64,000 bases of DNA from positions 1-64,000 of IMG/VR virus record IMGVR_UViG_3300020463_001735, one strand, 5' to 3'. The notes beneath the pieces are model-generated. The model was not told where the DNA came from, ran no database searches, and was given only the letters and a program-made list of their open reading frames with translations. The translations under genes were made by a program, and so were the position numbers. Source of the stretch: a virus. Positions 25,736 through 35,100 of the stretch are shown piece by piece (the first letter of the stretch is position 1; each line of letters opens with the position of its first letter).

Positions 25736-27240
25736 TGAAAATTTTCGCAGTAGCAGTTAACATTCATGATCATAACACCTATGATGGTAAGACGCATTTT
25801 CTTGCAGAGAGATATACTAGAGCAAAGCATAATCTTAATAGAGAAAATCCGCACGATCCAACTCCTAGTAGAATATTTTACAAAGAATATATTGAACCTA
25901 AATATGGAAAACAAAATGAAATATTTGCTTTCACAGTTAGCAATCTCGGACAAGAATTTGTTATTGATTATTTAGAAGAAAATTTGCCTGATAAAAGTTT
26001 TTTAGATTTTAATCCTACAAAACTTTGGGACTATTATAAGACAGACAACTACTACTACATTGATCATCACCAAAGTCATGCCGCTTATGCATTACTTACA
26101 AGCGAATTTAAAGAAAGTGATATTCTTGCTATAGATGGTAGAGGATGGCAATTTAATTGTATCTTCATAGATAAAAATGGATTAATCCATAATATTAGCG
26201 ATAAAGTTTCAATAGGTGGATTATGGAATAGACTATCACAAGATTTAGGCTTTGGATATTTAGGTGCAGGAAAAACAATGGGCTTAGCCGGATATGGCAA
26301 ATTTGATTTTGATGTTTACAAAATGGTGCATGAATATATGAAAGATCCAAATCATAAATTACCTAAAGGATCTAGAGATATTTTATCAAACATACCAAGA
26401 GAAGACATTGCATTTACTTTGCAAAAATATACAATAGATTTAATAAAAAAATATGTTTTTCCTTTAAAAACCTGTAACAATATTTGTATTGCAGGAGGTG
26501 TTGCATACAATGGTTATGTAAACGAAGAATTTACAAATTATTATGATAATGTCCATGTTCCTCCGGCTGCAGGAGATGAAGGTCAATCATTAGGAACATA
26601 TATGCATGCAGATTTTATGCTAAACAACAATGTTCACATACCAACTGTATATGCAGGCGCAGAACATCATATAGATGAAAAAATATTCGAAGGTTTAAAT
26701 TATGAAAAACTTCCTTTCGAAGAAATATGCACACAAGTTGCAGAGGCTATAGATAATGGACAAATAGTAGGATGGTACCAAGGATGTAGCGAAAGCGGCA
26801 ACAGAGCTTTAGGCAACAGAAGCATATTAGCAGACCCAAGAGCAGATTACATACAAAAACAAATCAACAATAACGTAAAATTAAGAGAAGATTTTAGGCC
26901 ATTTGCACCAAGTGTTTTAGAAGAATATTATCAAGATTACTTTGACACTAATCAACCTAGTCCGTATATGAGTAGAATTATGCCTGTAAAATCTGACAAG
27001 ATACCAGGTGTAACACACGTAGACGGAACAGCAAGAATACAAACTGTGAATAGAAAATTTAATCAAAGATACTACGATGTTATTGAAGCATTTTTCAAAT
27101 TGACAGGTATACCCATGTTACTGAATACTAGTTTCAATTGCCAAGAACCAATTGTAGAAACTCCTCAAGATGCAGTAAACACTTTTAACAAATGTGGTTT
27201 GACTGTTCTTGTAATAAATGATTATATTGTGAGGAAATAA
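25735..27240 (+). CDS. O-carbamoyltransferase (NodU/CmcH/TobZ family)
   Basis: HHQSHA, IDGRG, GKTMGLAGYG, AGGVAYN, GDEG, RALGNRSILADP, FRPFAP, HVDGTARIQTV, LLNTSFN. Confidence 0.92.
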   Translation: MKIFAVAVNIHDHNTYDGKTHFLAERYTRAKHNLNRENPHDPTPSRIFYKEYIEPKYGKQNEIFAFTVSNLGQEFVIDYLEENLPDKSFLDFNPTKLWDYYKTDNYYYIDHHQSHAAYALLTSEFKESDILAIDGRGWQFNCIFIDKNGLIHNISDKVSIGGLWNRLSQDLGFGYLGAGKTMGLAGYGKFDFDVYKMVHEYMKDPNHKLPKGSRDILSNIPREDIAFTLQKYTIDLIKKYVFPLKTCNNICIAGGVAYNGYVNEEFTNYYDNVHVPPAAGDEGQSLGTYMHADFMLNNNVHIPTVYAGAEHHIDEKIFEGLNYEKLPFEEICTQVAEAIDNGQIVGWYQGCSESGNRALGNRSILADPRADYIQKQINNNVKLREDFRPFAPSVLEEYYQDYFDTNQPSPYMSRIMPVKSDKIPGVTHVDGTARIQTVNRKFNQRYYDVIEAFFKLTGIPMLLNTSFNCQEPIVETPQDAVNTFNKCGLTVLVINDYIVRK

Positions 27241-28298
27241 TGTTAGATAAAGAAAATTTAAAATTTGTAAAGAATATACTAAGCGTTACAAATAAAAATG
27301 TTGAGTTAGATACAGTAGATAAAATAATGACTTATGCACGTGATGAAGATTATCCGTCATTCTTTAACACTGTGCTTGATTGTTTAGATAATGATCCTAC
27401 ATTTAGAATAAAATACTTACGTATACTACATAGTATAAAAGATAACAACCAATATGAACTTTTTAAAGACATAATAGGTATAAAAGACAATGAAAAAACA
27501 GTAACCGAACTTGTAAAAATATTACCTATAATAAAAGCAATTACTGATCAAAACGAATTAGACTTTTTTAATTCTACACTTACTGTGACAAATCCTACAC
27601 TTGATGTAGAAACTTTATATAATATACTTAAGACAGTAAAAGATCAGCCAGAACTTAAAGAAGATATATTTGATAGTTTTAGTGACAATCAAATTGCATC
27701 TAAAACAGCATTATTAAGTCAAATTGATGAATTAAATTTTTTGAACAAAGATAGTAATGTTGTAATTTGGGGTAGTTGGTATGGCAGTATACTGATTCCA
27801 CAACTAGTAAATCGTGTGAACAAAGTTGTGTGTATGGACATTGATGAGAAACCTTTAAATATTGCAAAGAATAGATTTTTTACAAACTATAGAAACATAG
27901 ATTATGTCAGCGGAGATGTTTTTGAAAACTACAAAGACATATATCAAAAAGTAAATTTAATTATAAACACATCATGCGAACACATGAGACCTATGGAAGA
28001 ATGGCCCTGGTTTAGATTTAGTTCAATGGAGACAGATGCTGTACATCCTAAAGGATACGCTGACGACAAACCACACAGACGAAAAGTTTATCAATCAGCA
28101 AAACTATCAAGTGACTGTTACTTTGCTTTTCAATCTAACAATATGTTCGACATACAAGGACACATAAACTGTGTAAATAGTTTAGAAGAATTTAAAAAGC
28201 AATTACCAGAAAGAGCAGAAGTACTATACGAAGATGAAGTAGCCGACACAAGAGGTACTAGATATATGCTAATAGGAAAGTTCAATCATTTAGTATAG
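27240..28298 (+). CDS. class I SAM-dependent methyltransferase-like protein with helical N-terminal extension
   Basis: VIWGSWYG, CMDID, GDVF, INTSCEHM. Confidence 0.6.
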   Translation: MLDKENLKFVKNILSVTNKNVELDTVDKIMTYARDEDYPSFFNTVLDCLDNDPTFRIKYLRILHSIKDNNQYELFKDIIGIKDNEKTVTELVKILPIIKAITDQNELDFFNSTLTVTNPTLDVETLYNILKTVKDQPELKEDIFDSFSDNQIASKTALLSQIDELNFLNKDSNVVIWGSWYGSILIPQLVNRVNKVVCMDIDEKPLNIAKNRFFTNYRNIDYVSGDVFENYKDIYQKVNLIINTSCEHMRPMEEWPWFRFSSMETDAVHPKGYADDKPHRRKVYQSAKLSSDCYFAFQSNNMFDIQGHINCVNSLEEFKKQLPERAEVLYEDEVADTRGTRYMLIGKFNHLV

Positions 28299-28944
28299 TA
28301 TTATACATATTGTAAGCAATAAGATTTTGTGTTTGTGGTCCAGGATGTCTACCATCGCTGGCATGATCTAAAAAAATATATTCAGGATTATGAGTTTCAC
28401 AAAAATTAATATATCGTATATTCACTTCATTCCAATCCGGTTCTTGAATATTGTTAAACGGTAATTCTGTCCAAATAAAATGATAATTTTTTACACCTTT
28501 TTTATCTAGAAACAATTTTGAAAAATTAATGGCTGAATAGCTTTCTACATTTTGATTTAGATCAAAATATAAAGTTTTATAAAATGATTTTGCCATTTTT
28601 CTTTTCAATGGATTTTTTTGTAATGTAATAGAAGATGGTTGTATGTCAATCCATCTTTTTTCATCTGTATAAAAAGTAGTTCTAGCAAAATCTGTCCAAA
28701 GTATTACAGCAATGTCATCTTTTTTATATTTTTGTTGTACAATTAAATTACAAATGTTTTTATTGCTAGTTCCAGGAAATCCTAAATTTTTTACCGGCAT
28801 CATATTTAAGAATTTACTTAGACAGGTAGGCCAAGCATATTTACTTGGATAGGGAGATCTCCCATTATTACTATTAAGACAGTCTATCAAACCCTCACCA
28901 TAAGTAATACTACATCCGAATGCCATTATTCTTTCAATGTTCAT
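28282..28944 (-). CDS. SGNH/GDSL-like protein
   Basis: AFGCSITYG, NLGFPGTSN, ILWT..R, DGRHPG. Confidence 0.6.
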   Translation of the reverse strand: MNIERIMAFGCSITYGEGLIDCLNSNNGRSPYPSKYAWPTCLSKFLNMMPVKNLGFPGTSNKNICNLIVQQKYKKDDIAVILWTDFARTTFYTDEKRWIDIQPSSITLQKNPLKRKMAKSFYKTLYFDLNQNVESYSAINFSKLFLDKKGVKNYHFIWTELPFNNIQEPDWNEVNIRYINFCETHNPEYIFLDHASDGRHPGPQTQNLIAYNMYNTILND

Positions 28945-29594
28945 TTTATAATTCCATATACTTGTGAGGCTAGATTATCATGTGCTTTTAAACCTGGATG
29001 CATATTATCTGCTCCATAATCATCTAATAACTTTAAATTTTTTATAGGAGATAAAAACCAATTAGGAACAAAATCAAGTTCTGATGATATCATTTTTTTA
29101 TCTCTACTAAAAGTAAAGTTATAAACTTTTACACCATAATTAATTAAATATCTATAACTATGATCGATAGCTACATATGTTTCATTTTGTGAATTAAATT
29201 CATTAAAAAGATGTGTATAAAATATTTTATTTAAATTTCTTCTAGCTGGTAGATTTCCTTTTCTTTTCTCAGTATAACTAGGCATAAACTGATAAGGGCT
29301 CTTTTTTTTGCTATGTAAAAAACAAGTTCTATTATGGTGTGTCCATAACACAACCACTGTATCATTTTTGTTTAAATCTGCATCTAATATAGAATGCTGT
29401 ATTTCTTTGTTTGATGCACCACACACTGCATAATTTATACACTCTAAAGATAACTTGTCGGCAAGTAAGTATGGCCAAGAAAATTTGCTTGGAGGTGGAA
29501 TAGGTATACCTGGTTTATTTAATGTGCCAATGCAATCTGGTAAACCCTCTCCGTATGTATGACTACATCCGAATGCTATGAGTCTATTCATCAA
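28941..29594 (-). CDS. SGNH/GDSL-like protein (paralogue of 28282-28944)
   Basis: AFGCSHTYGEGL, NYAVCGASN, VLWT..R, DNMHPG. Confidence 0.6.
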   Translation of the reverse strand: MMNRLIAFGCSHTYGEGLPDCIGTLNKPGIPIPPPSKFSWPYLLADKLSLECINYAVCGASNKEIQHSILDADLNKNDTVVVLWTHHNRTCFLHSKKKSPYQFMPSYTEKRKGNLPARRNLNKIFYTHLFNEFNSQNETYVAIDHSYRYLINYGVKVYNFTFSRDKKMISSELDFVPNWFLSPIKNLKLLDDYGADNMHPGLKAHDNLASQVYGIIK

Positions 29595-30258
29595 ACTTTT
29601 CCCTCAACCATTCAAAATTATTAATTAACCCAAGATCAGACCTCCTAGAAAGGCCAAACTCCATACCAGCGGTAGCGCCTGCCAAAGCGTATTCGCCATA
29701 TGGTCTATCGTGTCCCACGGTTGTCCAAGTTTTGAGTCTTTCTTCAGTTTCATTATGTACCTGCCTTTCTATTGTTTTACTTGCTAATTTTGCACATTCT
29801 CTAAAAGCACTGCGCCATGTGCTAAATTTGTCTGTATTAAAACACGTGATATTGCTTATTTTTTCAACCACACAGAAGTTTTTGCTAATACTTGTTGTCA
29901 TATCATTAGTATTTTTATCCATTTCTAAAACTAATTTTCTTGGAAGTAATTTAATACCACCGTATCCGTAGACTAAATTATTTATTGGATTTATACTTTG
30001 CCAAACATATACAGTGTCATAACAAACATTAAAATTTTGTTTGAAATTTTCATCAAAATTAAAACTAGGCACGATATCTGCATCACCATCTATTACATAA
30101 AACATTTTTGTATCACAAAGTTCTGCGGCTTTTACATGTGCATTATGTATTCCTTGTACATTGTCAATACGTTTTATAAAAGGAATTATTTTTTTAAGTT
30201 TGCTAAACCTTTGTTCTTTGTCTGGTTCTTTGTAACTTATGTATACAACATCAAACAT
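29584..30258 (-). CDS. GT-A glycosyltransferase-like protein
   Basis: DVVYISYKEP, AHVKAA, IDGD (DxD), GYGGIKL, WRSAFRE. Confidence 0.6.
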   Translation of the reverse strand: MFDVVYISYKEPDKEQRFSKLKKIIPFIKRIDNVQGIHNAHVKAAELCDTKMFYVIDGDADIVPSFNFDENFKQNFNVCYDTVYVWQSINPINNLVYGYGGIKLLPRKLVLEMDKNTNDMTTSISKNFCVVEKISNITCFNTDKFSTWRSAFRECAKLASKTIERQVHNETEERLKTWTTVGHDRPYGEYALAGATAGMEFGLSRRSDLGLINNFEWLREKFDE

Positions 30259-31684
30259 TTACAAAAGCCCATTCGTCAAAGTAAGATACAAATTCAGGAA
30301 ATGTTTGTTTAAAATTAGTGCCTCTTCGCTTGTCATACTCTGTAATATATTCAACAAAGTTGTATCTTGTAAGTTGTAAATCTTTAGGATCTGCTTTGTT
30401 TTGTAACTCAATTACACTGTTATATATACGCATAATTTTTTCACTTTCATTCGGCCATTGATCAGTAGGAGCTGAATCATATGCATCTTGTAGTGTTTTT
30501 ATAATTTTTTTCATATATCTATCTAATATCTTTCTTGGTGTAATCATTATATCTAAAAATTTAGGATTTCTTACATAGGCAAAATCCATGGTAATAGTAG
30601 GTGAATGTTTTCTTAAATCATTAATATCGTTTATCATTAGATGCAGTGTAGTTGTGCTTAACATATTGACTGCACACATAATGCTTAGTTTAACACTTTT
30701 TGTATTACTTACAAGCATTTTTAAGTTTTTCAACCATAGGTCATAGTCCATACCAAATCTTACATAATTATTTTGTTCACCTTTTGCTTCTGCACTAGTA
30801 TAAATTGTAAAACTTTTAATACTTTTAGTATCTTCTAAAATGTTAATTTTGTTAATAAAACTTTTCCATATTTTATGGGGAGGACATGCATTAGTATTGA
30901 TAGCGAACTCTAAATTAGGTTGAGGATTCTCTAGAAGATAGTCTATTACTTTCATAGTGTGTTTACTTAATAAAGGTTCTCCACCTGTAATTCTAAATAC
31001 ATGCATGTGTTTTACTGCTTCAGGAAACCATTTCCAAAATGCCTCTATATAAGGATTGTGTTCTCTTTCCAAATATTGTACCTCATCAGGATTTATAAAA
31101 CCAAATTCTCTTTTGTTTCCTTTGTAATCTGTATATTTGTAAGTTCCTTTTTCTTTTACTTCTTCAGTCCATTTGCTACTAAAAGCTGGTCCGCAGTAAG
31201 CACACTTAAAATTACACACATTACTAAAACTTATTTCAACATATTTCGGAAATATATTTTCATTGCCCTTGCTTTCCATTATTTCATGTAAATAGGGAAT
31301 ACTCCAGTCTTGTATGCTTTTTGTAATTCGATCACTAAAATGATTGCTGTTATCTTCAATACGCCAACAGTAATCACATTCTACAGGACGTTCACCGTTA
31401 AGCATTTCTTGTCTTCGTTCTTTTTTAAATTCTGTATTATGTAATGCACCTGGATCTTTTTCAAGCTCGTCAAGTTTAATTTTATGTGCACCTACGTGAT
31501 GACAACTGTGTGTGATACCACTACCTAAATGTGTTGTCACTTGAGTCCATTTTGCTAAACAAAATCCAGGACCAACGGCATCTAAAGAATCTTTAAGTAA
31601 TTCTAATTTACGCGGATCATTTTTGTCAAATTTAAGTCGTTTTGCAAGACTTTTTGCTTTTACACGTTGCCATTCAGCTTTCAC
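30251..31684 (-). CDS. radical SAM protein with N-terminal Twitch-like domain
   Basis: FCLAKW..HSCHH..ECDYCW; CNFKCAYC; TGGEPLL; NTN. Confidence 0.9.
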   Translation of the reverse strand: MKAEWQRVKAKSLAKRLKFDKNDPRKLELLKDSLDAVGPGFCLAKWTQVTTHLGSGITHSCHHVGAHKIKLDELEKDPGALHNTEFKKERRQEMLNGERPVECDYCWRIEDNSNHFSDRITKSIQDWSIPYLHEIMESKGNENIFPKYVEISFSNVCNFKCAYCGPAFSSKWTEEVKEKGTYKYTDYKGNKREFGFINPDEVQYLEREHNPYIEAFWKWFPEAVKHMHVFRITGGEPLLSKHTMKVIDYLLENPQPNLEFAINTNACPPHKIWKSFINKINILEDTKSIKSFTIYTSAEAKGEQNNYVRFGMDYDLWLKNLKMLVSNTKSVKLSIMCAVNMLSTTTLHLMINDINDLRKHSPTITMDFAYVRNPKFLDIMITPRKILDRYMKKIIKTLQDAYDSAPTDQWPNESEKIMRIYNSVIELQNKADPKDLQLTRYNFVEYITEYDKRRGTNFKQTFPEFVSYFDEWAFVNV

Positions 31685-32562
31685 CGTATTCTCCTAGCTG
31701 GAGGTGCGTACACTGTTTTAAAGAATTTACTTTGTTCCTCATCTAATGCAACTTTACTGATAGGTAATCCTTGCTGTTGTAATACTTCGCCATATTCAGC
31801 AATCTTTTGTTCTACAGGACAATCTTTAATCTCATTCCAGTATTCATTAAGCCATTTGAAATCTCTTGTTACAGAATGATCCCAATCGGTTGCAAGTATC
31901 TTTTGGCAACCATCTCTAGCACCCATTATAGCATAAAGTCCATTATTAACATCTGCACCAACATTCAACCAAACAAGTAGTCTATTGTAATTTTGCCACC
32001 AAGTATTATTTGCAAGATCCTCTACCTTTGCACCTCTGTTTAGCGACATTTTGACACCTTCTCGAAATCCTGCTCTCCAAGCCTGATGTGGTGTTGCACT
32101 AATAATGCTGGTTGAATAGTTTTCGTTTAGTTGGTAATAGTTATCAAAGTAACAAAATTCTATTAATGTATCGTCAGACCCGTCTGTGTTTTCATGTGTC
32201 TTCATATTCGCAACAAAATCCTTTGTCCACATTTTTAAACTTCCGTTACCGTATCTCAAACCATTTATGTCAATGTTACCACACCAGCTGAATTGGTAAT
32301 CATCATCTACTCCCAATTCATCTAAGTCTAAAACAACATTTAAAAATTTTGGATCAATAACAGTATCACCATCTACGGTTACAAAGTGTTTTGTTTCTGA
32401 TATATCTGCACAGGCTTTATGTGCCGCATCTGAGCCGTCTACTCCGTGTATGCGTTTGGCATAAGGCACTTTCGTAAGTATATCTGCATAATTTTTTTCT
32501 GCATTAGGCTCATCATATGAAAGAAAAACAATATCACAATCTCCAACTTTTATATTATTCAA
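31681..32562 (-). CDS. GT-A glycosyltransferase-like protein (paralogue of 29584-30258)
   Basis: DIVFLSYDEP, AHKACA, VDGD, YGNG, AWRAGFREG. Confidence 0.6.
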   Translation of the reverse strand: MNNIKVGDCDIVFLSYDEPNAEKNYADILTKVPYAKRIHGVDGSDAAHKACADISETKHFVTVDGDTVIDPKFLNVVLDLDELGVDDDYQFSWCGNIDINGLRYGNGSLKMWTKDFVANMKTHENTDGSDDTLIEFCYFDNYYQLNENYSTSIISATPHQAWRAGFREGVKMSLNRGAKVEDLANNTWWQNYNRLLVWLNVGADVNNGLYAIMGARDGCQKILATDWDHSVTRDFKWLNEYWNEIKDCPVEQKIAEYGEVLQQQGLPISKVALDEEQSKFFKTVYAPPARRIR

Positions 32563-33070
32563 TTGTTTCTCCTATTGTGTGATAGTAACTTTGCATATCG
32601 GGTTGTGTTATAATCCTGCAATTATCAAAATATTTTGTATCAAACGTAAATGGTCCATCAAAGAAATCTTGATATCTACATTCTAGTGTACAGTACAATT
32701 TGTTTGCGTTATTTAAGTGTATTACAAAAAACTTTTTAAAAGTTTGAGAAGGCGGCAGTTTATCAATGCTAAATGTATGTGTAATGCTGTAACATTTTAA
32801 TTTTGGATTTTGAATAATATATATGCTGTTGGGTTTTTTATTATCCGACATTTCTACTGTGAATACATTGCTGTGTAAAGTTTGTTTGCCGTCTTTTTTC
32901 TCCATTACATAGTCATGTTTTTTCACAACTATATAATCATCAATATTTTCTACTGCATCTGCAAACTTTTCATACATCTCAGCACTTATTTCTAAATACT
33001 GCAATATGTTATCAGTTTCATTAGTAATTTTTAATATTTTACCTGTGCTATCAAAACCAACATACAACAT
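32555..33070 (-). CDS. hypothetical protein
   Basis: 171 aa, translationally coupled within the operon. Confidence 0.7.
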   Translation of the reverse strand: MLYVGFDSTGKILKITNETDNILQYLEISAEMYEKFADAVENIDDYIVVKKHDYVMEKKDGKQTLHSNVFTVEMSDNKKPNSIYIIQNPKLKCYSITHTFSIDKLPPSQTFKKFFVIHLNNANKLYCTLECRYQDFFDGPFTFDTKYFDNCRIITQPDMQSYYHTIGETIE

Positions 33071-33873
33071 TATTTAAAATGCTCCAACAATTCATCTGTG
33101 AGAAATTCATCTTCCACATAATGTAACACACCTTTTTGTGTGAAGTTACCTAAATATATATTATCATCCAAATAGACATCAAGATAATCAGTCCATTTTT
33201 CTGGAACATTTTCCCAATGTTGTGCGTGGGGTTTCATATGTGTAAAAGTAAGTGGCATTTTTAAATTAGGTAAGTCTAAAAGTTTATATGCAATAGCACA
33301 ATTCAAATCAAAACTTTGCCAATTTTGTTTTCTCTTAGGTGCAAATTGTTTATAAAAAATTTGCCAGTCTTTGCTGATAATTTCCACTAATAGGAAAAAT
33401 TCTTTTGCAATATTATTTTTTTTAAAATAGTACAATCCACTATACAAATTAGGTAAATTATTTGCAACAAAAGTTTTTCTATAGTAATTTGTCGATACAA
33501 CATCTTTTCTGTACGTAACGACATCTGTTGTAAATGCTACACTGTGTTCACTACATTTATACCACCAATCAGATATATCTTCAAGAATTAACATGTCTGC
33601 ATCCATTACGATAGTATTTTCATAAGGTGTTAAATGATAAACTTTCCATCTATTTTCTATTTTCCAGTCACTATTCACTGCAAGATTTCCCCAAGGAATA
33701 GGAATAATTTTGTCAAATACATCTTTATATTCATTCGGTACGTTATCGTCTGTAATTAAGCTAACATTTTGATTTCTATTGTTTTTGTGTATACTACATG
33801 CTAATGCATATGCTTGTCGTACATAGTCTGTTTTATAATTATTTTCTGCTAGTATACAAAATCCATTATTCAT
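33070..33873 (-). CDS. GT8-like glycosyltransferase
   Basis: DYVRQAYALA, LTPYENTIVMDADM (DxD), FTHMK, LHY; ATG at 33873. Confidence 0.6.
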   Translation of the reverse strand: MNNGFCILAENNYKTDYVRQAYALACSIHKNNRNQNVSLITDDNVPNEYKDVFDKIIPIPWGNLAVNSDWKIENRWKVYHLTPYENTIVMDADMLILEDISDWWYKCSEHSVAFTTDVVTYRKDVVSTNYYRKTFVANNLPNLYSGLYYFKKNNIAKEFFLLVEIISKDWQIFYKQFAPKRKQNWQSFDLNCAIAYKLLDLPNLKMPLTFTHMKPHAQHWENVPEKWTDYLDVYLDDNIYLGNFTQKGVLHYVEDEFLTDELLEHFK

Positions 33874-34705
33874 TTGCAAAATCCTTATCTATGTATCTAT
33901 CCAAACTAAATTTATTCATTACATGCAAATCAGATCCTTTTATTGTACAAGCAAGTTCATTTTTGTCTTGTTGTAAAAGTAAAATCATTTTTGTATCTTC
34001 TATATCTATAAGTGTATCTTTTCCTGTAATCATATACAGTGTAGGTAATACTTTGGGCCAGGCAACTGATTCATGGTTACTAAGTATGTGGAGTGCAATG
34101 CTAAATGCAAAATCATTTCTGTATGTGTTAGAAACAATATTATACAATAATTTATAATAGCTCCAATTATCTCTTATATGTTCTATTAGATTAAAAAGTA
34201 TTTTAGTTTTGTTTGTTTTTTTAAAATAAAATACTGTAGCCCAATACATTGGAATACTTGTGTTGCTTACTAATAATTCTGCAGAATTGTCTCTTGTGGT
34301 ATTACAATCAAATGCTAATCTGTTAATTAAAAAATTGTGATTAGTTTTGAAGCATTGTAAAATACTTTTACTATTAACAACAAAGTCTGTATCTATTACC
34401 AATGTATGTTCATAAGGTGTTAAATCATAGCAAGATGCACGAGAAAAATTTTTCCAAGTAGCATCTATATATGAACTTCCGTCATAAAATTTTTTTTGTT
34501 GTGTTTCATAAGATGGTTCTACTTGTATTACTTTGTTGATATATTTTTTATAAAAAGGAAATTTTTTAAGTTGTTCAGCACTATCTGTAACTAGTGTGAC
34601 GTGTAATTTTGTAAAACTTTTTACACGCTTCGCACAAAAGATTGCTTGCTTTACATAATCTATTTGTTCATTATTATTAGCAAACAGCAAAACACCTTTG
34701 TTCAT
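33866..34705 (-). CDS. GT8-like glycosyltransferase (paralogue)
   Basis: DYVKQA, LTPYEHTLVIDTDF (DxD), WATVFYF, RNDFAFSIA, HVMNK. Confidence 0.6.
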   Translation of the reverse strand: MNKGVLLFANNNEQIDYVKQAIFCAKRVKSFTKLHVTLVTDSAEQLKKFPFYKKYINKVIQVEPSYETQQKKFYDGSSYIDATWKNFSRASCYDLTPYEHTLVIDTDFVVNSKSILQCFKTNHNFLINRLAFDCNTTRDNSAELLVSNTSIPMYWATVFYFKKTNKTKILFNLIEHIRDNWSYYKLLYNIVSNTYRNDFAFSIALHILSNHESVAWPKVLPTLYMITGKDTLIDIEDTKMILLLQQDKNELACTIKGSDLHVMNKFSLDRYIDKDFANE

Positions 34706-35046
34706 TAATCTAATAATCCCTTAATTTTTTTATTACTTTTAAACTTGTTGTATGCAATTAAATATTTGTTAGTGCTTTGTATATAAACATCAACAATATC
34801 ATCAATAAATTGTTTTGGATTTTTAATTTCTACAGGTATGCTGTTACTATCAAGTAATACTAAAGGTTTTTCTTTTGAAAGTATAAAATTGCAAAATGTA
34901 ATTAAGTCAGGAGTAACTTCAAACGCACAACCATCTTGATAATGATAACAATTATCTTGGTATTGTTTTAAAAGTATATTTTTTTGATTTTGTAATGTTT
35001 GCGAAAAATTAGCAAACTCTAATGCTTTTTCTAACTTTGAATCCAT
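34705..35046 (-). CDS. hypothetical phage protein
   Basis: AGGAGG SD; 113 aa. Confidence 0.75.
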   Translation of the reverse strand: MDSKLEKALEFANFSQTLQNQKNILLKQYQDNCYHYQDGCAFEVTPDLITFCNFILSKEKPLVLLDSNSIPVEIKNPKQFIDDIVDVYIQSTNKYLIAYNKFKSNKKIKGLLD

Positions 35047-35065
35047 AAAATCCTCCTATAGCTAT

Positions 35066-35094
35066 AGTATACAGGAAGTAATGATAAAAGTCAA
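35066..35094 (-). promoter_or_regulatory. sigma70-type promoter for the glycosyltransferase operon
   Basis: TTGACT-N17-TATACT. Confidence 0.75.
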
Positions 35095-35100
35095 GAATTA

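Noticed and set aside
15514-28298. Classical RiPP cluster (rSAM-SPASM plus nitroreductases)
   Set aside because: No recognisable precursor peptide, RRE, YcaO, peptidase or exporter; modification of a larger scaffold is more parsimonious.
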